DNA from: an uncultured Nitrososphaeraceae archaeon
GTDB taxonomy: Archaea > Thermoproteota > Nitrososphaeria > Nitrososphaerales > Nitrososphaeraceae
Assembly (NCBI GenBank): GCA_963837175.1
Contig: CAWIMJ010000016.1
Span: 96,001-160,000 of the forward strand
DNA: 64,000 nt
Reading direction: 5' to 3'
Part shown: in pieces, positions 1-11,898 of the stretch
Layout: every line of letters starts with the position of its first letter
Position numbering within the stretch: the stretch's first letter is position 1
Program-made: the position numbers and the translations under genes
Notes under the pieces: generated by a model
Told to the model about the DNA's origin: nothing
Database searches by the model: none
The model's input: only the letters and a program-made list of their open reading frames with translations

Positions 1-590
1 TATTGTGCCTCTGAATATTGTACTCCTATAGCTGCAAACACTACGGCGAAATCCTCTTTAGTTCCTACTACTGATGCTTGGCGGGCAATTTGAGCTGCCA
101 AAATATTATGAGGCATACCAGAACCTGAAAAGATCGGAAGCTTTTGTCCTCTCACCAAAGTTAACATCCCATCAATTACTGAAACACCAGTCTGTATAAA
201 GGAAGTAGGATACTCTCTTCGTTCGGGATTCATTGGTTCCCCGTTTACATCTATGAATCGATCTGCAATAGGATCCGGCAACCCATCATTTGGTCTTCCT
301 AGGCCATCAAAGACCCTCCCGAGCAATTCCTGTGAAACTGGCATTGCCATTGTTTTTCCCAAAAATTTTGCCTTTGTACCCGTGATTGCTAGACCCGTTG
401 TACCTTCAAACACTTGAACAACTGCTCTGCCATACCCTACCTCTAATACTTTACCAAGTCTTCTTTCGCCTTCACTGGTCTCGATTTCTACAAGTTCATC
501 GAAGGAAGCTTTAGTGATTCCATCAACAATCATGAGTGGACCTTTAATCTCTGCTATCTTAGTATATTCTACGCTGGTAGATTCAGACAA
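1..590 (-). CDS. atpB: A/V-type ATP synthase subunit B (partial, runs off the left edge)
   Basis: Manual translation from TTG at 590: [23 protein letters not shown]...[26 protein letters not shown]; overlaps the atpA stop. Confidence 0.95.
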   Translation of the reverse strand, partial: MSESTSVEYTKIAEIKGPLMIVDGITKASFDELVEIETSEGERRLGKVLEVGYGRAVVQVFEGTTGLAITGTKAKFLGKTMAMPVSQELLGRVFDGLGRPNDGLPDPIADRFIDVNGEPMNPERREYPTSFIQTGVSVIDGMLTLVRGQKLPIFSGSGMPHNILAAQIARQASVVGTKEDFAVVFAAIGVQYSEAQ

Positions 591-2370
591 CTGCTTTTAC
601 CTCCTCATGTGTGACAACTTTTCGGAATTGCTCGGTCATCTGTTTATCCAAATCATCCAGTCTCATGAGTTGATCGTCAGGAATTTCAAATTTGGCTTTG
701 AGGAGTAAAGGAATAATGGGCATAGCTCTAATATCTGCGAGAATCGCACCTTCTTTAAGAGATTTAAGAGATTCTTTATAGAATCTTACCATTAATTTGA
801 CTAATTTCAACTGTTTTTGGGGGCTGCAATAAGTATCCACTTTGTCGAAAGAATTTTGCTGTAGTATACCTATTTTTATCATTCTCGCGACTTCCAATAC
901 CAATTTTTCTTCATCCGGTAATGCTTCAGGACCCAGTAATCTGACTATTTCTTTTAAAGTGTCTTCTCTCTGAAGTATATGGTACGATTCTGCCCTCAGA
1001 TCGTACCAATCAGCACTTACATTACTTGTCCACCATTTTGAAACATCGTCGAGATATCCAGAATATGACTGCATCCAATTTATTGATGGATAATGTCTTG
1101 AGTAAGCCAATCTAGTATCAAGAGCCCAGAAGGTTTTAATGAATCTAATAGTGTGTGTTGTTACGGGTTCTGTGAAGTCCGCTCCTGAAGGAGACACAGC
1201 ACCTACAAGTGTTACAGACCCCGCTCTTTCTGGCCTTCCCAATGCTCTAACGCGACCTGCTCTTTCATAGAATTCTGCTAATCGTGATGCAAGGTAAGAT
1301 GGATATCCTTCTTCTGCAGGCATCTCTTCAAGCCGGCCAGACATTTCTCTTAAGGCTTCAGCCCATCTACTTGTCGAATCTGCTACGAGTACTACATCAA
1401 ATCCCATATCTCTATAATATTCTGCAAGAGTAACTCCTGTGTAAATTGAGGCTTCTCGAGCGGCCACAGGCATATTGCTCGTATTCGCTACAAGAACTGT
1501 CCTTTCCATTAATGGTCTACCTGACCTGGGGTCAATTAAATGCGGAAATTCAACAAGCACTTCAGTCATTTCATTGCCACGTTCACCGCAGCCAATATAG
1601 ACTACAACTTTGGAATCAGCCCATTTTGCAATTTGATGCAACGTGACAGTCTTGCCAGTTCCGAACCCTCCAGGTATAGCACCTGTTCCGCCCTTTGCTA
1701 TAGGGAAATAAGTATCTATGATACGCTGACCCGTTATTAATGGAACTGTAGGATCATATCTTTCTGCATAAGGTCTGGGTTTTCTCACAGGCCACTTATG
1801 ATACATTTTTAGTTGGATTTTGTTTCCATCTTTTTCGGCCGTAGCAATAATGTGTTCTAGATCATACTCGCCTTCAGAGGAAATATCTATCAATTTTCCC
1901 CCCTTAAAGTCAGGCGGAACAAGTATGCTATGAGTCAAAAGTGGAGTTTCTTCTACACTTCCAAGAATAGAACCTGCTTCAATTTCATCTCCTTTTTTGA
2001 GTATTGGCTTGAATTTGTACTTTCTTTTCATGTCAACTGGAGTTGTGATTACGCCTCTACTAATGAACGCTCCTGATTTTTGAGCAATTTCATCGAGTGG
2101 TCTTTGAATTCCATCATAAATTCTTCCAATGATCCCGGGCCCTAGCAACACTGACAGTGGTTGGCCTGTACCAACAACGGGCTCTCCAGGTTTTAAACCA
2201 GAAGTAGATTCATAAACTTGAATAAATGCAACATCTCCAGTCAATCTTAGGACCTCGCCGATTAATTTTGAATCTCCTACTGTTACGGTTTCATACATTT
2301 TCGCCGAAGCCATACCATCAGCCCTTACAGCTGGACCACTAACCCAAACAATTCTTCCTTTAGTTACCAT
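583..2370 (-). CDS. atpA: A/V-type ATP synthase subunit A
   Basis: Walker [17 protein letters not shown] and [10 protein letters not shown] motifs; 595 aa; no intein. Confidence 0.98.
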   Translation of the reverse strand: MVTKGRIVWVSGPAVRADGMASAKMYETVTVGDSKLIGEVLRLTGDVAFIQVYESTSGLKPGEPVVGTGQPLSVLLGPGIIGRIYDGIQRPLDEIAQKSGAFISRGVITTPVDMKRKYKFKPILKKGDEIEAGSILGSVEETPLLTHSILVPPDFKGGKLIDISSEGEYDLEHIIATAEKDGNKIQLKMYHKWPVRKPRPYAERYDPTVPLITGQRIIDTYFPIAKGGTGAIPGGFGTGKTVTLHQIAKWADSKVVVYIGCGERGNEMTEVLVEFPHLIDPRSGRPLMERTVLVANTSNMPVAAREASIYTGVTLAEYYRDMGFDVVLVADSTSRWAEALREMSGRLEEMPAEEGYPSYLASRLAEFYERAGRVRALGRPERAGSVTLVGAVSPSGADFTEPVTTHTIRFIKTFWALDTRLAYSRHYPSINWMQSYSGYLDDVSKWWTSNVSADWYDLRAESYHILQREDTLKEIVRLLGPEALPDEEKLVLEVARMIKIGILQQNSFDKVDTYCSPQKQLKLVKLMVRFYKESLKSLKEGAILADIRAMPIIPLLLKAKFEIPDDQLMRLDDLDKQMTEQFRKVVTHEEVKAVV

Positions 2371-2373
2371 TAG

Positions 2374-2991
2374 TTAAATCTCGCCTCTTAGCATTTGGGC
2401 AATATTCTTCCTTATTAAAGGTTTAAGCCCCTCTATGCGAGAATCAAGCGTATTATCAAATGTCATCGATTCATCAGCTGACTTTACTCGGATTCCACCA
2501 ATAGCGTTTATAGGATGATCTGATATTTTTATTTTTAACTTATTATTTTCGTTGAAACTATCGGCAATGGCCTTTTCGATTAATTTAATATCATTCTTAT
2601 TACATTCAACAATAAGCTCCTCTGAATTTATCATCTTAACACTGTCTTTCAGAATTTTTGTCATCAGAATTCTATAACCACTCTCTTTATTTGACGATGC
2701 CAATAATGTTTTCGCTTTTTCAAATGTATCGTTTACAGCCTTTTCAATTAGGATAAGCTGTTTGTTTCTGACAGACAATCTGCTAGAACCAATGATCTGT
2801 CTCTTGAGATTATCTGCCTGTTTTTTTGCACTCTCAAGAGTTCTATTATATTCTGCCTCAAGTTTTGTTCTCGAAGCTTCAAGATTCTCTAATGATTTCT
2901 GATAAGAAGAATCAATCTGTGTGATAAAATCCGCATCGGCCTGGGATATCACCTTATTTATTGTTCGCTCCAAAGCGGAAGATGAGCTCAT
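2374..2991 (-). CDS. atpE: A/V-type ATP synthase subunit E
   Basis: Coiled-coil N-terminus, C-terminal IGGIRV..DNTLDSR motif, directly upstream of atpA. Confidence 0.92.
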   Translation of the reverse strand: MSSSSALERTINKVISQADADFITQIDSSYQKSLENLEASRTKLEAEYNRTLESAKKQADNLKRQIIGSSRLSVRNKQLILIEKAVNDTFEKAKTLLASSNKESGYRILMTKILKDSVKMINSEELIVECNKNDIKLIEKAIADSFNENNKLKIKISDHPINAIGGIRVKSADESMTFDNTLDSRIEGLKPLIRKNIAQMLRGEI

Positions 2992-4241
2992 TTAAATTTC
3001 TGATTGGTTATCGAAATTTAATCTTTGTTATTTCAAATTAAAGAATATGTAAATTCTGCTAGTATAATTCATTACGACTCCATATTCAAAAGATATGCTT
3101 ATTAAAATATTCATAAATCCTTATAATGGAACTTGTATTATGACCTTTTTTCTGAATAAGAGTCTGTTTTGCTCTTACGGATTTACATCGAAAGGTATAA
3201 AAGGCAAATACACGGAGCCAATAATTAGATTAACGCTCGATTATTTTTTCTTTCTACTTTATACAATAAGCTAGTTGTGAAACAGTATTCTTATTGGAAT
3301 AATTAAAACGTCATCTATCATAATTCTAACGAATTTTACGAGTGTTTTGATCTTAATTTATATACGCAGCATATTTAAATATTCTAATTTGAACCAACAG
3401 TCTGACAAGATTCATATTAGAAATTTTCTTGAATTATTTAATATTTCCACATTAGAATGAGTTTCAGCAGACGACCCAAAGTGTATTACCGATAATCTTC
3501 TTCTCTAAGCAGCGACTGAAGTTGATCTTGTCTCTACATTGATCCAGCAAAAATCTAATAAAAAAATAAAATTGAAAATCTTAGATACATAAGAATAATT
3601 TCTTGAAGATTACAATAAAGCAGATCATGCTGAGACGAGTTAGAACAAAATAATAATTTGGTCTATCAGATTTCGATTCTATTGGGATTTGGAATAAAGC
3701 GGTATGCGGCGGAACATCAAAACAGTCAGACAATAATATTACAGAGACGTCAAAGAATACACGTACACATGTTCAAAGCATATCCGGTTAACATCATGAC
3801 AATACTAAATAATTTTTACAGTTTGATGTTATTTCTAGGCAACAGATTTATTAAGTGTAGACAGAAAATGCGGAGGCTCTATAAAAACTATTCCCGCAAG
3901 TAACAACGCCAACAGATTATGATATTTTGTTCCAATAATAATGGTAAAATGATAAATGAAATACAAATGAAAGCAGATCAACATCCTTTTAATATGCTGT
4001 TTGTTTGAGGTGTCCCTTATGATTCAAGGTAATTTTTGAAACCCAACTCCAATTGCTGCTGTAATGACTCCTCCTATCTTTCTAAATTCTATTTCTTAAG
4101 AATAAGGAATTCTACTGAATTATTTATCAGTCAACTATTGCTTTGTTATAAGTATAATATTGGGAGTTTTCGACTTACCTCTTGTTATTCTTCCTCCCAG
4201 ATATACAATGACGGATAATAATAACATCACCTGCCTCCTCC

Positions 4242-4788
4242 TTAGATAGGATGATTGAATTGCCCCTCAATAACCTTGCACATTATTTCATTGATCAATT
4301 TTACAGTTTGCTGTATATGAGTTAAATGGCTCGCCTTCCCAATATATTTTTTTACAATCTGAGCATTTAAAAAATTGTTTGTGTAGTTTAAGAACATTTG
4401 AATGAACATCTTTTTTAACATCAGAAGGTTTTTTTCTTATCAGCAATCCATTACATCTAACACATCTGGAATCTATAGTATGAAACAACAATGAGGCAAT
4501 CCCGCATTTAGATAATATATGAACTATGTCTTTTAGATCATCTGAACCTTGCAACAAAACACTTTGTGCTTCTTCTTTTAGAGTCCTTTTAAACAACTCC
4601 TTGTCACAGGTCAAGATAATTCTATCCTCTGCAATGCCAATTTTTAATATCTCATCGTCATGTGCATGAGCAACATACAATGTATCGAAGCCAAAAATCC
4701 GTAATTTGCGAGCTATACTTCCCAGCATAGCATCAGCTAAAAAAGTTGGCTTTGAATTAACTAATGATCTCTCCCCTACATTCTTCAC
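4242..4788 (-). CDS. Mut7-C RNase domain protein (PIN-like plus Zn ribbon), one apparent +1 indel near 4331
   Basis: FLADAMLGSIARKLRIFGFDT, RCVRCNG, CSDCKKIYWEG; removing one base restores the family YWEGSH motif and a stop at 4242. GTG start at 4788 inferred. Confidence 0.85.
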
Positions 4789-5302
4789 ATGTAAATGTAC
4801 CTTCCTCATATTGCAAAAGATCAGACCATTCACCACACTCATCGCAATATCCTGAAACATTGCCCTTAGACCGACCGGTTTCTCCTCGAATAAGCGCTGA
4901 TTTCTCTGAAATGACGTCAACCAAATCTGGAGTTACTGCAATAACGTCTGAAGCAGAGATAATTCCAACAAGTCTATTCTTATAGACCACACCTAATCTC
5001 TTAATATTATGTTTTCTCAATATACGGGCAGCCTCGGTGACTCCTTCTTCGCCTTCTATCGTGTGTAATTGTTGCATAATATCAGAAGCGTTAAGCAAAC
5101 TTGGTTTGATATCTTTAACAACAGCATTTGAAACTATATCCCAATCAGTTACAATTCCTAATGTCTTTTCCTTATCCATAATTACAATACTTCCAATCTT
5201 TTCTTCTTTCATCTTTATTGCTATGTCTTTGATGCTTGCCTCAGTGGAAGCTGAAATGACAGGGCTATTCATAATATCTCTGACAAGCACTCTAGTTGTC
5301 AT
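4757..5302 (-). CDS. CBS-domain pair protein with C-terminal Zn ribbon
   Basis: VRDIMNSPVIS, LGIVTDWDIV, LVGIISASDV; C-terminal CDECG...CEEC. Confidence 0.9.
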   Translation of the reverse strand: MTTRVLVRDIMNSPVISASTEASIKDIAIKMKEEKIGSIVIMDKEKTLGIVTDWDIVSNAVVKDIKPSLLNASDIMQQLHTIEGEEGVTEAARILRKHNIKRLGVVYKNRLVGIISASDVIAVTPDLVDVISEKSALIRGETGRSKGNVSGYCDECGEWSDLLQYEEGTFTCEECRGEIIS

Positions 5303-5364
5303 GTTAGCATCACCATGTTGCCTGACAGGTTTTTTTACCACAACATTAAATCAAAATTATGTCC

Positions 5365-7389
5365 TTAAGTACTTTGCTCATCGGGCAAAGATGCTCTTGG
5401 TAAGGGAACGTGTTCTCCATCACCTCTTCCTGTAAAATAAATCTTTGACTGTCCGCTCGGGAGTGTTCTAATAAAGTCATCGAGAGAAGTGTTTTTGATA
5501 AAATCTGCCAAACCGTAACTTTCATCTCCATGAGTATCAGGTGCAGCCACTCTAACAAGTTCACTCTTTATTTTTTTTGCTGCGTTCATTGGATCCATTC
5601 CACCTGGCAACAAGATTGAAAAGACTAGAGATTTTTTCTTAATAGATCCAACAGGCCCACAAACTAGAAGATATCGACCGCTCAAATACATAATTCCTAC
5701 TGCGAGTCTTATTTCAGACCCCTTGATATAATTTCGCTTACCCTCTATAACAAAAGATCCTTTTGGAAGATATTGTCCTGTTGGAGCACCCTTCTTTATC
5801 TGATCTGGCATTACCCAATATGCATCTGCGCTAGATAAGCCATCCTTCCATGCTCTACTAAATGACACAGTTGCCTGTGCTACTTCCTGCAGTGTTGTTT
5901 CTATTTCTCCAGCTTTAATTGCATTTTTGATAATGAAGAATGGAGAGCCATATACTTCAGCATGGAATACTAGATCATATTCCGTCAAATGCTTGCGTAT
6001 TATAGCAGAGTTTGATGAAGCATCTCTCCCCCCGAAGGTTAGCAATCCTTCACCTGTGATAAACCATCGATATCGCTCATACCACTCTCTATTAGCTTGT
6101 TGCTTGATAACAATTTTCTTCTGAATCGCAGTACTCCTATTTCGTAATCTTTCAATTTGATCAAGCAGGCCTCTTTTAGTTTCTTCGATTGAGATATTGC
6201 CACGTTCCATTTCCTTAGCCCTTTCATATAACATTGAAGATACCTTGGGAAGATTAGAATTCAAGTGAATACGTTCGCCTACTACTTCAAGATATTTTAG
6301 TCCTCTTTCGTTTACAATAGCTGCATAATTTGTTTGAAGCAGTCCCTTGACTGAATTATCAGCATAATCATGAATTCCAAGATAAGAGAGTTCCATTAAT
6401 TCATTGGCAATTTTTCGGATAGCAGTAGCCTTTGAAATAACTTCCTCTTTTGCCTTATTCAGTTCTGAAAGATCATGTTCTAATAATGCAATTTCTCTAT
6501 CTATTTCAATTGTCCTAATATTGCTGTCTATATTCATAATATTGTTGCTTAAAACCTCGTCTACGGCGTCGAGATAAGAATTAACTTTTCTGATTTTCAA
6601 TTTTCTGGCTTTATCTGTTATAATAGGAAGTGCATCCTGTGCTTTCCCGTCGTCTCCCAGAATGACAATTGGTTCATGATTTCTCCCTGTACTTATATCC
6701 GTAACTAGATCCTTAACAGCATCGTATATTCTAATCACATCCTCCTCTGAAAGCTGTCCAACCTTTCTTGATTGTATTCCTATCCTTGTTGCAATTTCTT
6801 CTACAAATTTTTTTGGCATTGAAAGATTTCTTCCCATCCATCTTAAGACATCAAGATCCATTATCTCGCGTTTTATTGTTGTTTTTAACTGCTCTAACGA
6901 AAGCTCAAAGACATCGAATCCTCTAATAGGCGGAGGTGTGTATCGTAATCCAACCTTTAACGTTCTATGCCTTACTTCAATAGAATTGATAATAGATATA
7001 ATCTGCAGACTCCCATCACAAAGAATAATATTTCCTTCACCAAAGAATTCGACAATCATTATTCTCACATCACCTTCCAAATGCATAAATTTGATGGTCA
7101 CAATTCGCTCGCTGCCTATCTGATCGATGAATTCAACTTTAGATCTTTCAACTTCAGCTTTAATAATGTCAATTTGTTCATTTTCCTCGACTGGTTTAAA
7201 TTTCAACTTTGTGATCCAGATACCTTTAACAGAAACCATTAGAATAATATCTGGTTCTTTTGAGTGATGTAACTTTAAAAGAAACGAATCTTTTGTAACG
7301 GCATTTATACTGCTAACGTAATACCCTGATATAATTTTGGATTTAACCTCATTTACTAGGTAACGTAGCTCAATGCCAGACAATTCCAT
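5365..7389 (-). CDS. rqcH: Ribosome quality control protein RqcH/Rqc2 (NFACT family)
   Basis: VEFFGEGNIIL, WYERYRWFIT, GGRDASSN, FHAEVYGSPF, GSFVIEGKRNY. Confidence 0.93.
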   Translation of the reverse strand: MELSGIELRYLVNEVKSKIISGYYVSSINAVTKDSFLLKLHHSKEPDIILMVSVKGIWITKLKFKPVEENEQIDIIKAEVERSKVEFIDQIGSERIVTIKFMHLEGDVRIMIVEFFGEGNIILCDGSLQIISIINSIEVRHRTLKVGLRYTPPPIRGFDVFELSLEQLKTTIKREIMDLDVLRWMGRNLSMPKKFVEEIATRIGIQSRKVGQLSEEDVIRIYDAVKDLVTDISTGRNHEPIVILGDDGKAQDALPIITDKARKLKIRKVNSYLDAVDEVLSNNIMNIDSNIRTIEIDREIALLEHDLSELNKAKEEVISKATAIRKIANELMELSYLGIHDYADNSVKGLLQTNYAAIVNERGLKYLEVVGERIHLNSNLPKVSSMLYERAKEMERGNISIEETKRGLLDQIERLRNRSTAIQKKIVIKQQANREWYERYRWFITGEGLLTFGGRDASSNSAIIRKHLTEYDLVFHAEVYGSPFFIIKNAIKAGEIETTLQEVAQATVSFSRAWKDGLSSADAYWVMPDQIKKGAPTGQYLPKGSFVIEGKRNYIKGSEIRLAVGIMYLSGRYLLVCGPVGSIKKKSLVFSILLPGGMDPMNAAKKIKSELVRVAAPDTHGDESYGLADFIKNTSLDDFIRTLPSGQSKIYFTGRGDGEHVPLPRASLPDEQST

Positions 7390-7506
7390 AATAACTCAAA
7401 GGTTTTGTCACAAATATTAACCAAAACAATTTAATTGCTAGTTTTACAAAAGGATCAACCGTAAGAAATTAAACCAAGTGCCATTTAATGACAGAAAGTA
7501 ACCTAT

Positions 7507-7803
7507 TTGGAGTCTTTAGACAGAGTTTTTTATATGAGAGCAATTTTAGGATTGATTGCAGGTATAATCAGTGGATTTATAATAACACCGAAGACAGATC
7601 AATCTACAGCAGTAGGGACAATACTTCTTATTGCTATTATATTTTACATAATATCTTATACACTTGCGAAGCGTATTGCAAAAGATACTCCGAAGACAGC
7701 AAAAAGAAAGTTAGCTACAAATGGTATATTCCCATTTATTTTCCTGTTAATGATGTTCATGATCGTCGTATATACTGGATTGTGGCAGTTCATGGCACGT
7801 TAA
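7507..7803 (+). CDS. Small membrane protein (about 3 TM)
   Basis: 98 aa with three hydrophobic segments; fills the gap before cbiT. Confidence 0.7.
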   Translation: MESLDRVFYMRAILGLIAGIISGFIITPKTDQSTAVGTILLIAIIFYIISYTLAKRIAKDTPKTAKRKLATNGIFPFIFLLMMFMIVVYTGLWQFMAR

Positions 7804-7832
7804 AATACTGCTTTTTTTATAAATACACTACA

Positions 7833-8417
7833 TTGCTTTGGGATTATGATACACCAGGTATTCCCGATGAGTTATTTGACAGAGATGATGAAGTTCCAAT
7901 TACCAAGGAAGATATCAGGTCTGTAATAATTAGCAAATTAAGATTAAAAAAGAATTCGTCTGTGATAGATATTGGATGCGGAAGTGGAAGCATCACTGTT
8001 GAGCTCTGTTTACAAACAAGAGACGGCAACGTATATGGTGTTGATTTTAATCAACGTGCAGTCGAACTAACTAAAAGGAATCTTCAAAAATTTGGAGTGA
8101 AAGCAAAAATATTCTTATCAAACGCACAAGATATTTTGCCATTACTGCCACAAGTAAACTCAGTAATGATTGGCGGGACATGGGGAGATACCGAGCGAGT
8201 TATACAATTAGGTATAGATAGATTGAAGAAAGGTGGTAGAATTGTAATTGACACAATTCTAATTGAAACAATGTACAAGACGATAACTATGATAAATGAA
8301 GCAAAACTGAATGAAGTTGATATTACACAAGTAACAATTTCAAAGGCAAGAAAAGTATCGACGGGTACGATGATGACTTCAAGGAATCCAGTAATGATTA
8401 TTTCGGCTACAAAATAG
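7833..8417 (+). CDS. cbiT: Precorrin-6B C15-methyltransferase (decarboxylating) CbiT
   Basis: TPGIPDELF..VPITKEDIR, SAM motif DIGCGSGS, RNPVMIISA; TTG start at 7833 (the supplied ORF over-extends to 7488). Confidence 0.92.
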   Translation: MLWDYDTPGIPDELFDRDDEVPITKEDIRSVIISKLRLKKNSSVIDIGCGSGSITVELCLQTRDGNVYGVDFNQRAVELTKRNLQKFGVKAKIFLSNAQDILPLLPQVNSVMIGGTWGDTERVIQLGIDRLKKGGRIVIDTILIETMYKTITMINEAKLNEVDITQVTISKARKVSTGTMMTSRNPVMIISATK

Positions 8418-8994
8418 CAATAAAACTATAGCAGAAAAAAACTTCAACTACGTGTTACACAAACTATTTAAGAAAAATTTCCCTATCAAGATAATAATAT
8501 GCAATACATTGAATAAAAAATTAATTAGTATGAGTAAAACAGATGCTGATTGCTATCAAATATTCCCATTAATATACATTGGTAAATCATAGACTCATGA
8601 TCAGCAAAAGACATCAAGGCATTATCACCAATACAAGTTCCATCATTTAACTTATAACTGTGTAATGAAAAATACATTATTGGCCGACATTGAAATTTAA
8701 ACATAATTAAATCTTAAAGCATCTGATCCACTAATCGATAAGGCATTAATGATTACATATACACATAATATATTCGTTACAAAAAATTGCAAATTCACCA
8801 ATCTTCCTGGTCAATCGATTGTCGTCACTATTTCGTTCAATGTGTGATACCATATACAGCTTTATGTATGTTTTAGTAAATTTCTTTTGTGGGCATACAA
8901 TAGTCTGTTATTAGTTCACTAATCTCAGTAAATAAGTGCCTTTTATAGAAGGATTATGATGTTTTAAATAACGCTCTCCTTTGAGAAAATGTGA

Positions 8995-9738
8995 ATGAAA
9001 CTATTTTGTGTGGGATGTGGTCCAGGAGATCCTGAATTACTTACCGTCAAAGCTGTCAATCTGATTAAAAATGCAGAAATTATTTTCGCACCTACAGCAA
9101 GAGAAGGCAAACCTAGCATCGCGCTTTCAGTAGTTGAAAGATATGTAGATAAGTTCGCAAAGATAGTGGATCTTATATTTCCTATGATCAAAGACAGGCA
9201 ATCTTTAATAGATTATTGGAAAAGAAATGCGGATGAAATAGCTGATGCTGTAAGAGCAGAGAAAAGAGTAATCTATTTGACTGTTGGTGATCCTGCATTA
9301 TATAGTACGTGGATATATGTACACAGAGAGCTGCAAAAGAATCACCATGATATAGAAATAGACATAGTTCCTGGTATTGCATCTATGTTTGCATTTGCTG
9401 CGCAGGCAAAAATGAGTCTAGCAGAAGGAGATGAAACTCTAGCGATCGTCCCTGCTTGTTATAATTTAGATAGAGTTAAACAGATGGCAAACAGTTGTGA
9501 TACAATCATTTTTCTCAAGGATGGTAGATACTTTGACAGCGTAATTGAAATGCTTGCTGACGTAGGCTTTGCAGACGATTCGATGATTGCAATCGCCCAA
9601 GACGTATCAGTAACAGGTGAAATAATGAAAATGAGCAAACTTAGCGATTTGCGCGGAAGAAAAGGTACGACAGAGAAATATTTCTCTATAATGGTAGCAG
9701 AAGAAAAATGGTTGAAGGGAACACGGTTTTTTTCGTAG
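8995..9738 (+). CDS. cobI: Precorrin-2 C20-methyltransferase
   Basis: VGCGPGDPELLTVKA, LTVGDPALYST, VPGIAS; the 3' end overlaps cobM by 31 bp (possible indel). Confidence 0.92.
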   Translation: MKLFCVGCGPGDPELLTVKAVNLIKNAEIIFAPTAREGKPSIALSVVERYVDKFAKIVDLIFPMIKDRQSLIDYWKRNADEIADAVRAEKRVIYLTVGDPALYSTWIYVHRELQKNHHDIEIDIVPGIASMFAFAAQAKMSLAEGDETLAIVPACYNLDRVKQMANSCDTIIFLKDGRYFDSVIEMLADVGFADDSMIAIAQDVSVTGEIMKMSKLSDLRGRKGTTEKYFSIMVAEEKWLKGTRFFS

Positions 9739-10484
9739 GATCAGGTCCTGGCGACCCTGAACTTATCACGATTAAAGCCAAAAGGCTTTTAGAAAAAGCT
9801 GATGTTATAATTTATTCCGGTTCCCTACTAAATCCAAAAATATTACAACATGCAAAAAAAGAAGTGCAGCTGTACGATGCTGCTGTCTTAGATAGGGAAG
9901 AAATTTATCAAATTCTAAGAGATTCAACGAATAATGGCAAAGTTGCCATTAGATTACATGATGGTGATCCTGGACTTTTTAGTACTATCCGAGAGCAAAT
10001 CGATAAATTAGAAAAGGATGGATTACAATGTAAAGTAGTTCCAGGAATAACCGCAATACTTGGTGCAGCTTCTGCCATGAACTTGGAATTAACTCTTCCT
10101 GGTAATACTCAAACTGTAATAATAACACGCGCAGAGTTTAGGACTCCTGTACCCGAGAGAGAAAAAATTTCGGAACTTGCGAAGCATGGAGCTACAATGG
10201 CATTTTATCTCAGTGTTCATTTGATTACTGATATTGTAGAAGAGCTAATGAAGGGTGGAGTATATACAAAAGAAACTCCAGCAGCAATTGTTTACCGAGC
10301 AACTTGGGAAGACCAGAAGATAATAAAAGGAACTCTTGGAGATATTGTAAAGAAAACAAAAGAATCCAAAATAATCAAAACTGCATTAATTATTGTTGGA
10401 GATGCCATAGCACCAAAACAGTATGAATTTTCTAAGGTATATGACGCAGGGTTTACACATGGATATAGACGATCAAACAAATAG
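9708..10484 (+). CDS. cobM: Precorrin-4 C11-methyltransferase
   Basis: VGSGPGDPELIT, RLHDGDP, ELTLPGNTQTVIITR, SKVYDAGFTHGYR. Confidence 0.95.
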   Translation: MVEGNTVFFVGSGPGDPELITIKAKRLLEKADVIIYSGSLLNPKILQHAKKEVQLYDAAVLDREEIYQILRDSTNNGKVAIRLHDGDPGLFSTIREQIDKLEKDGLQCKVVPGITAILGAASAMNLELTLPGNTQTVIITRAEFRTPVPEREKISELAKHGATMAFYLSVHLITDIVEELMKGGVYTKETPAAIVYRATWEDQKIIKGTLGDIVKKTKESKIIKTALIIVGDAIAPKQYEFSKVYDAGFTHGYRRSNK

Positions 10485-10932
10485 TAGTAGTATGAGATTG
10501 AAGTATGAAAATATACCTGTTGCACGGTGAGTCTATACATTAATCGGAAAATAAAAAGATAATTTTATTACTCAACTATTATTTTGGCCTCTATATAGAG
10601 ATAATACAGAAATTTTATTAATATGTTATTACTTTCTTTAGGCGATTCTCTATGCTAGTATAATCTTCGCATTTATTGGAGTCTATCGTTTACGTATATC
10701 TTGCTTCCGATACTCTATGCTTTACCATAATTGATTTTTTATTGTACTTCGGCAATCAGATTAATGTGTCTAGATGTATTACCCAGATTCAGAATAAAAG
10801 TGGCAAAATTTCTCTATAAACCAATAGTAAGCCAGATCATACTTTCGAACTGAATTCAGGGCTCGCTTATTTATGATATTGTGTGTGTTTTACGCTATTA
10901 AAAAAATTTTAACAGCTGAACAATCAAACAAT

Positions 10933-11232
10933 TTAATTCAGAGGTATTCTGTACAGTTCCTTCTGAGATACAGAGGACCAGGCACCCATTCCACTTCCGC
11001 CAGTTGCGTTTGTGTCTACAATTTCACTGACAACAATTTCCTTTGGATCCATTGGCGGCCAAATCATTGCAACATACTCTTTGGCATTTCCTGTCCTATC
11101 AAGGCTCGCTAATTGCATATTCTCTTTTTCAAATCCTTGCATAACAAGTTTTTCTTTTATCCGATCAAGAAAGTGGTGCTGCCCATGAACTATAAGGTAT
11201 ATCTTTTTACTACTATCTAAAGAAGACGACAT
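10933..11232 (-). CDS. Hypothetical protein
   Basis: 99 aa ATG ORF with globular composition, divergent from the 11305 ORF. Confidence 0.75.
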   Translation of the reverse strand: MSSSLDSSKKIYLIVHGQHHFLDRIKEKLVMQGFEKENMQLASLDRTGNAKEYVAMIWPPMDPKEIVVSEIVDTNATGGSGMGAWSSVSQKELYRIPLN

Positions 11233-11304
11233 ATAATTTTCATATGTTACTAGAATCGCATACCTTTAAACATATTGATAACATATGATAGATAAAATCA
11301 AGTT

Positions 11305-11898
11305 ATGACAATAATTACCGATTCATATATGCGAATGATTCTTCCTGAAGATACATCAATTCGTCTATCTGAATTCATTGCGGGTAGACAGAATTTTCCA
11401 TTTATCAGAAATGAGGAAGTGATGTGCATTTTTTATCTCTATGGAAAGAAAAATGGAATTAGATACGATAAAGAACGTAATGAAGTTATGAATCTTGCAG
11501 AGAATACCGTAATTAATTTACGGAGATCTATAGAAACATATAATGACAGTGCTAAATCAAAGATGGATTCACAATTTATACACAGCAAAATCGTCAGAAG
11601 GGAATTACAAGTCACTGTTGAAGAAAAAAAACATGTCTCTAAAGAGAGACTTTTGAATGATCCGGTAATAATATCTGACTGTTTTGCACAGCATGTGTCC
11701 TACTATAATGAAGAATATTTTTTTCAATTATATGGGCCCCTGCGAGAATACGATCTCATAAAGGACATAAGAGAACAACTCTCAGGAAGAATGGTGATGT
11801 TAGGATTTAATAGAAAGGATGAACAGTCATTGCCATTTCAAAATGCCTTTATACCATTATGCGTATGGATAAGAGATCACATGCAGATCGATGCATGA
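11305..11898 (+). CDS. Hypothetical protein
   Basis: 197 aa ATG ORF, long for AT-rich DNA. Confidence 0.8.
   Translation: MTIITDSYMRMILPEDTSIRLSEFIAGRQNFPFIRNEEVMCIFYLYGKKNGIRYDKERNEVMNLAENTVINLRRSIETYNDSAKSKMDSQFIHSKIVRRELQVTVEEKKHVSKERLLNDPVIISDCFAQHVSYYNEEYFFQLYGPLREYDLIKDIREQLSGRMVMLGFNRKDEQSLPFQNAFIPLCVWIRDHMQIDA

Noticed and set aside
1-2991. Horizontally acquired V-type ATPase operon of acidophilic AOA
   Set aside because: The E-A-B order with no C/F between E and A fits the usual thaumarchaeal A-type operon as I recall it; a phylogeny would be needed to say otherwise.
3000-4240. Short ORFs in long AT-rich gaps (also 8420-8990, 11900-12800, 17880-18590, 25370-26070, 35100-35830, 46150-46760)
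   Set aside because: Some look like decayed gene fragments, but no family motif or RNA structure could be supported by eye.
7488-7832. 115-aa N-terminal extension of CbiT in the supplied ORF
   Set aside because: It is an alternative frame over the 7507-7803 membrane gene; CbiT similarity starts at 7833.
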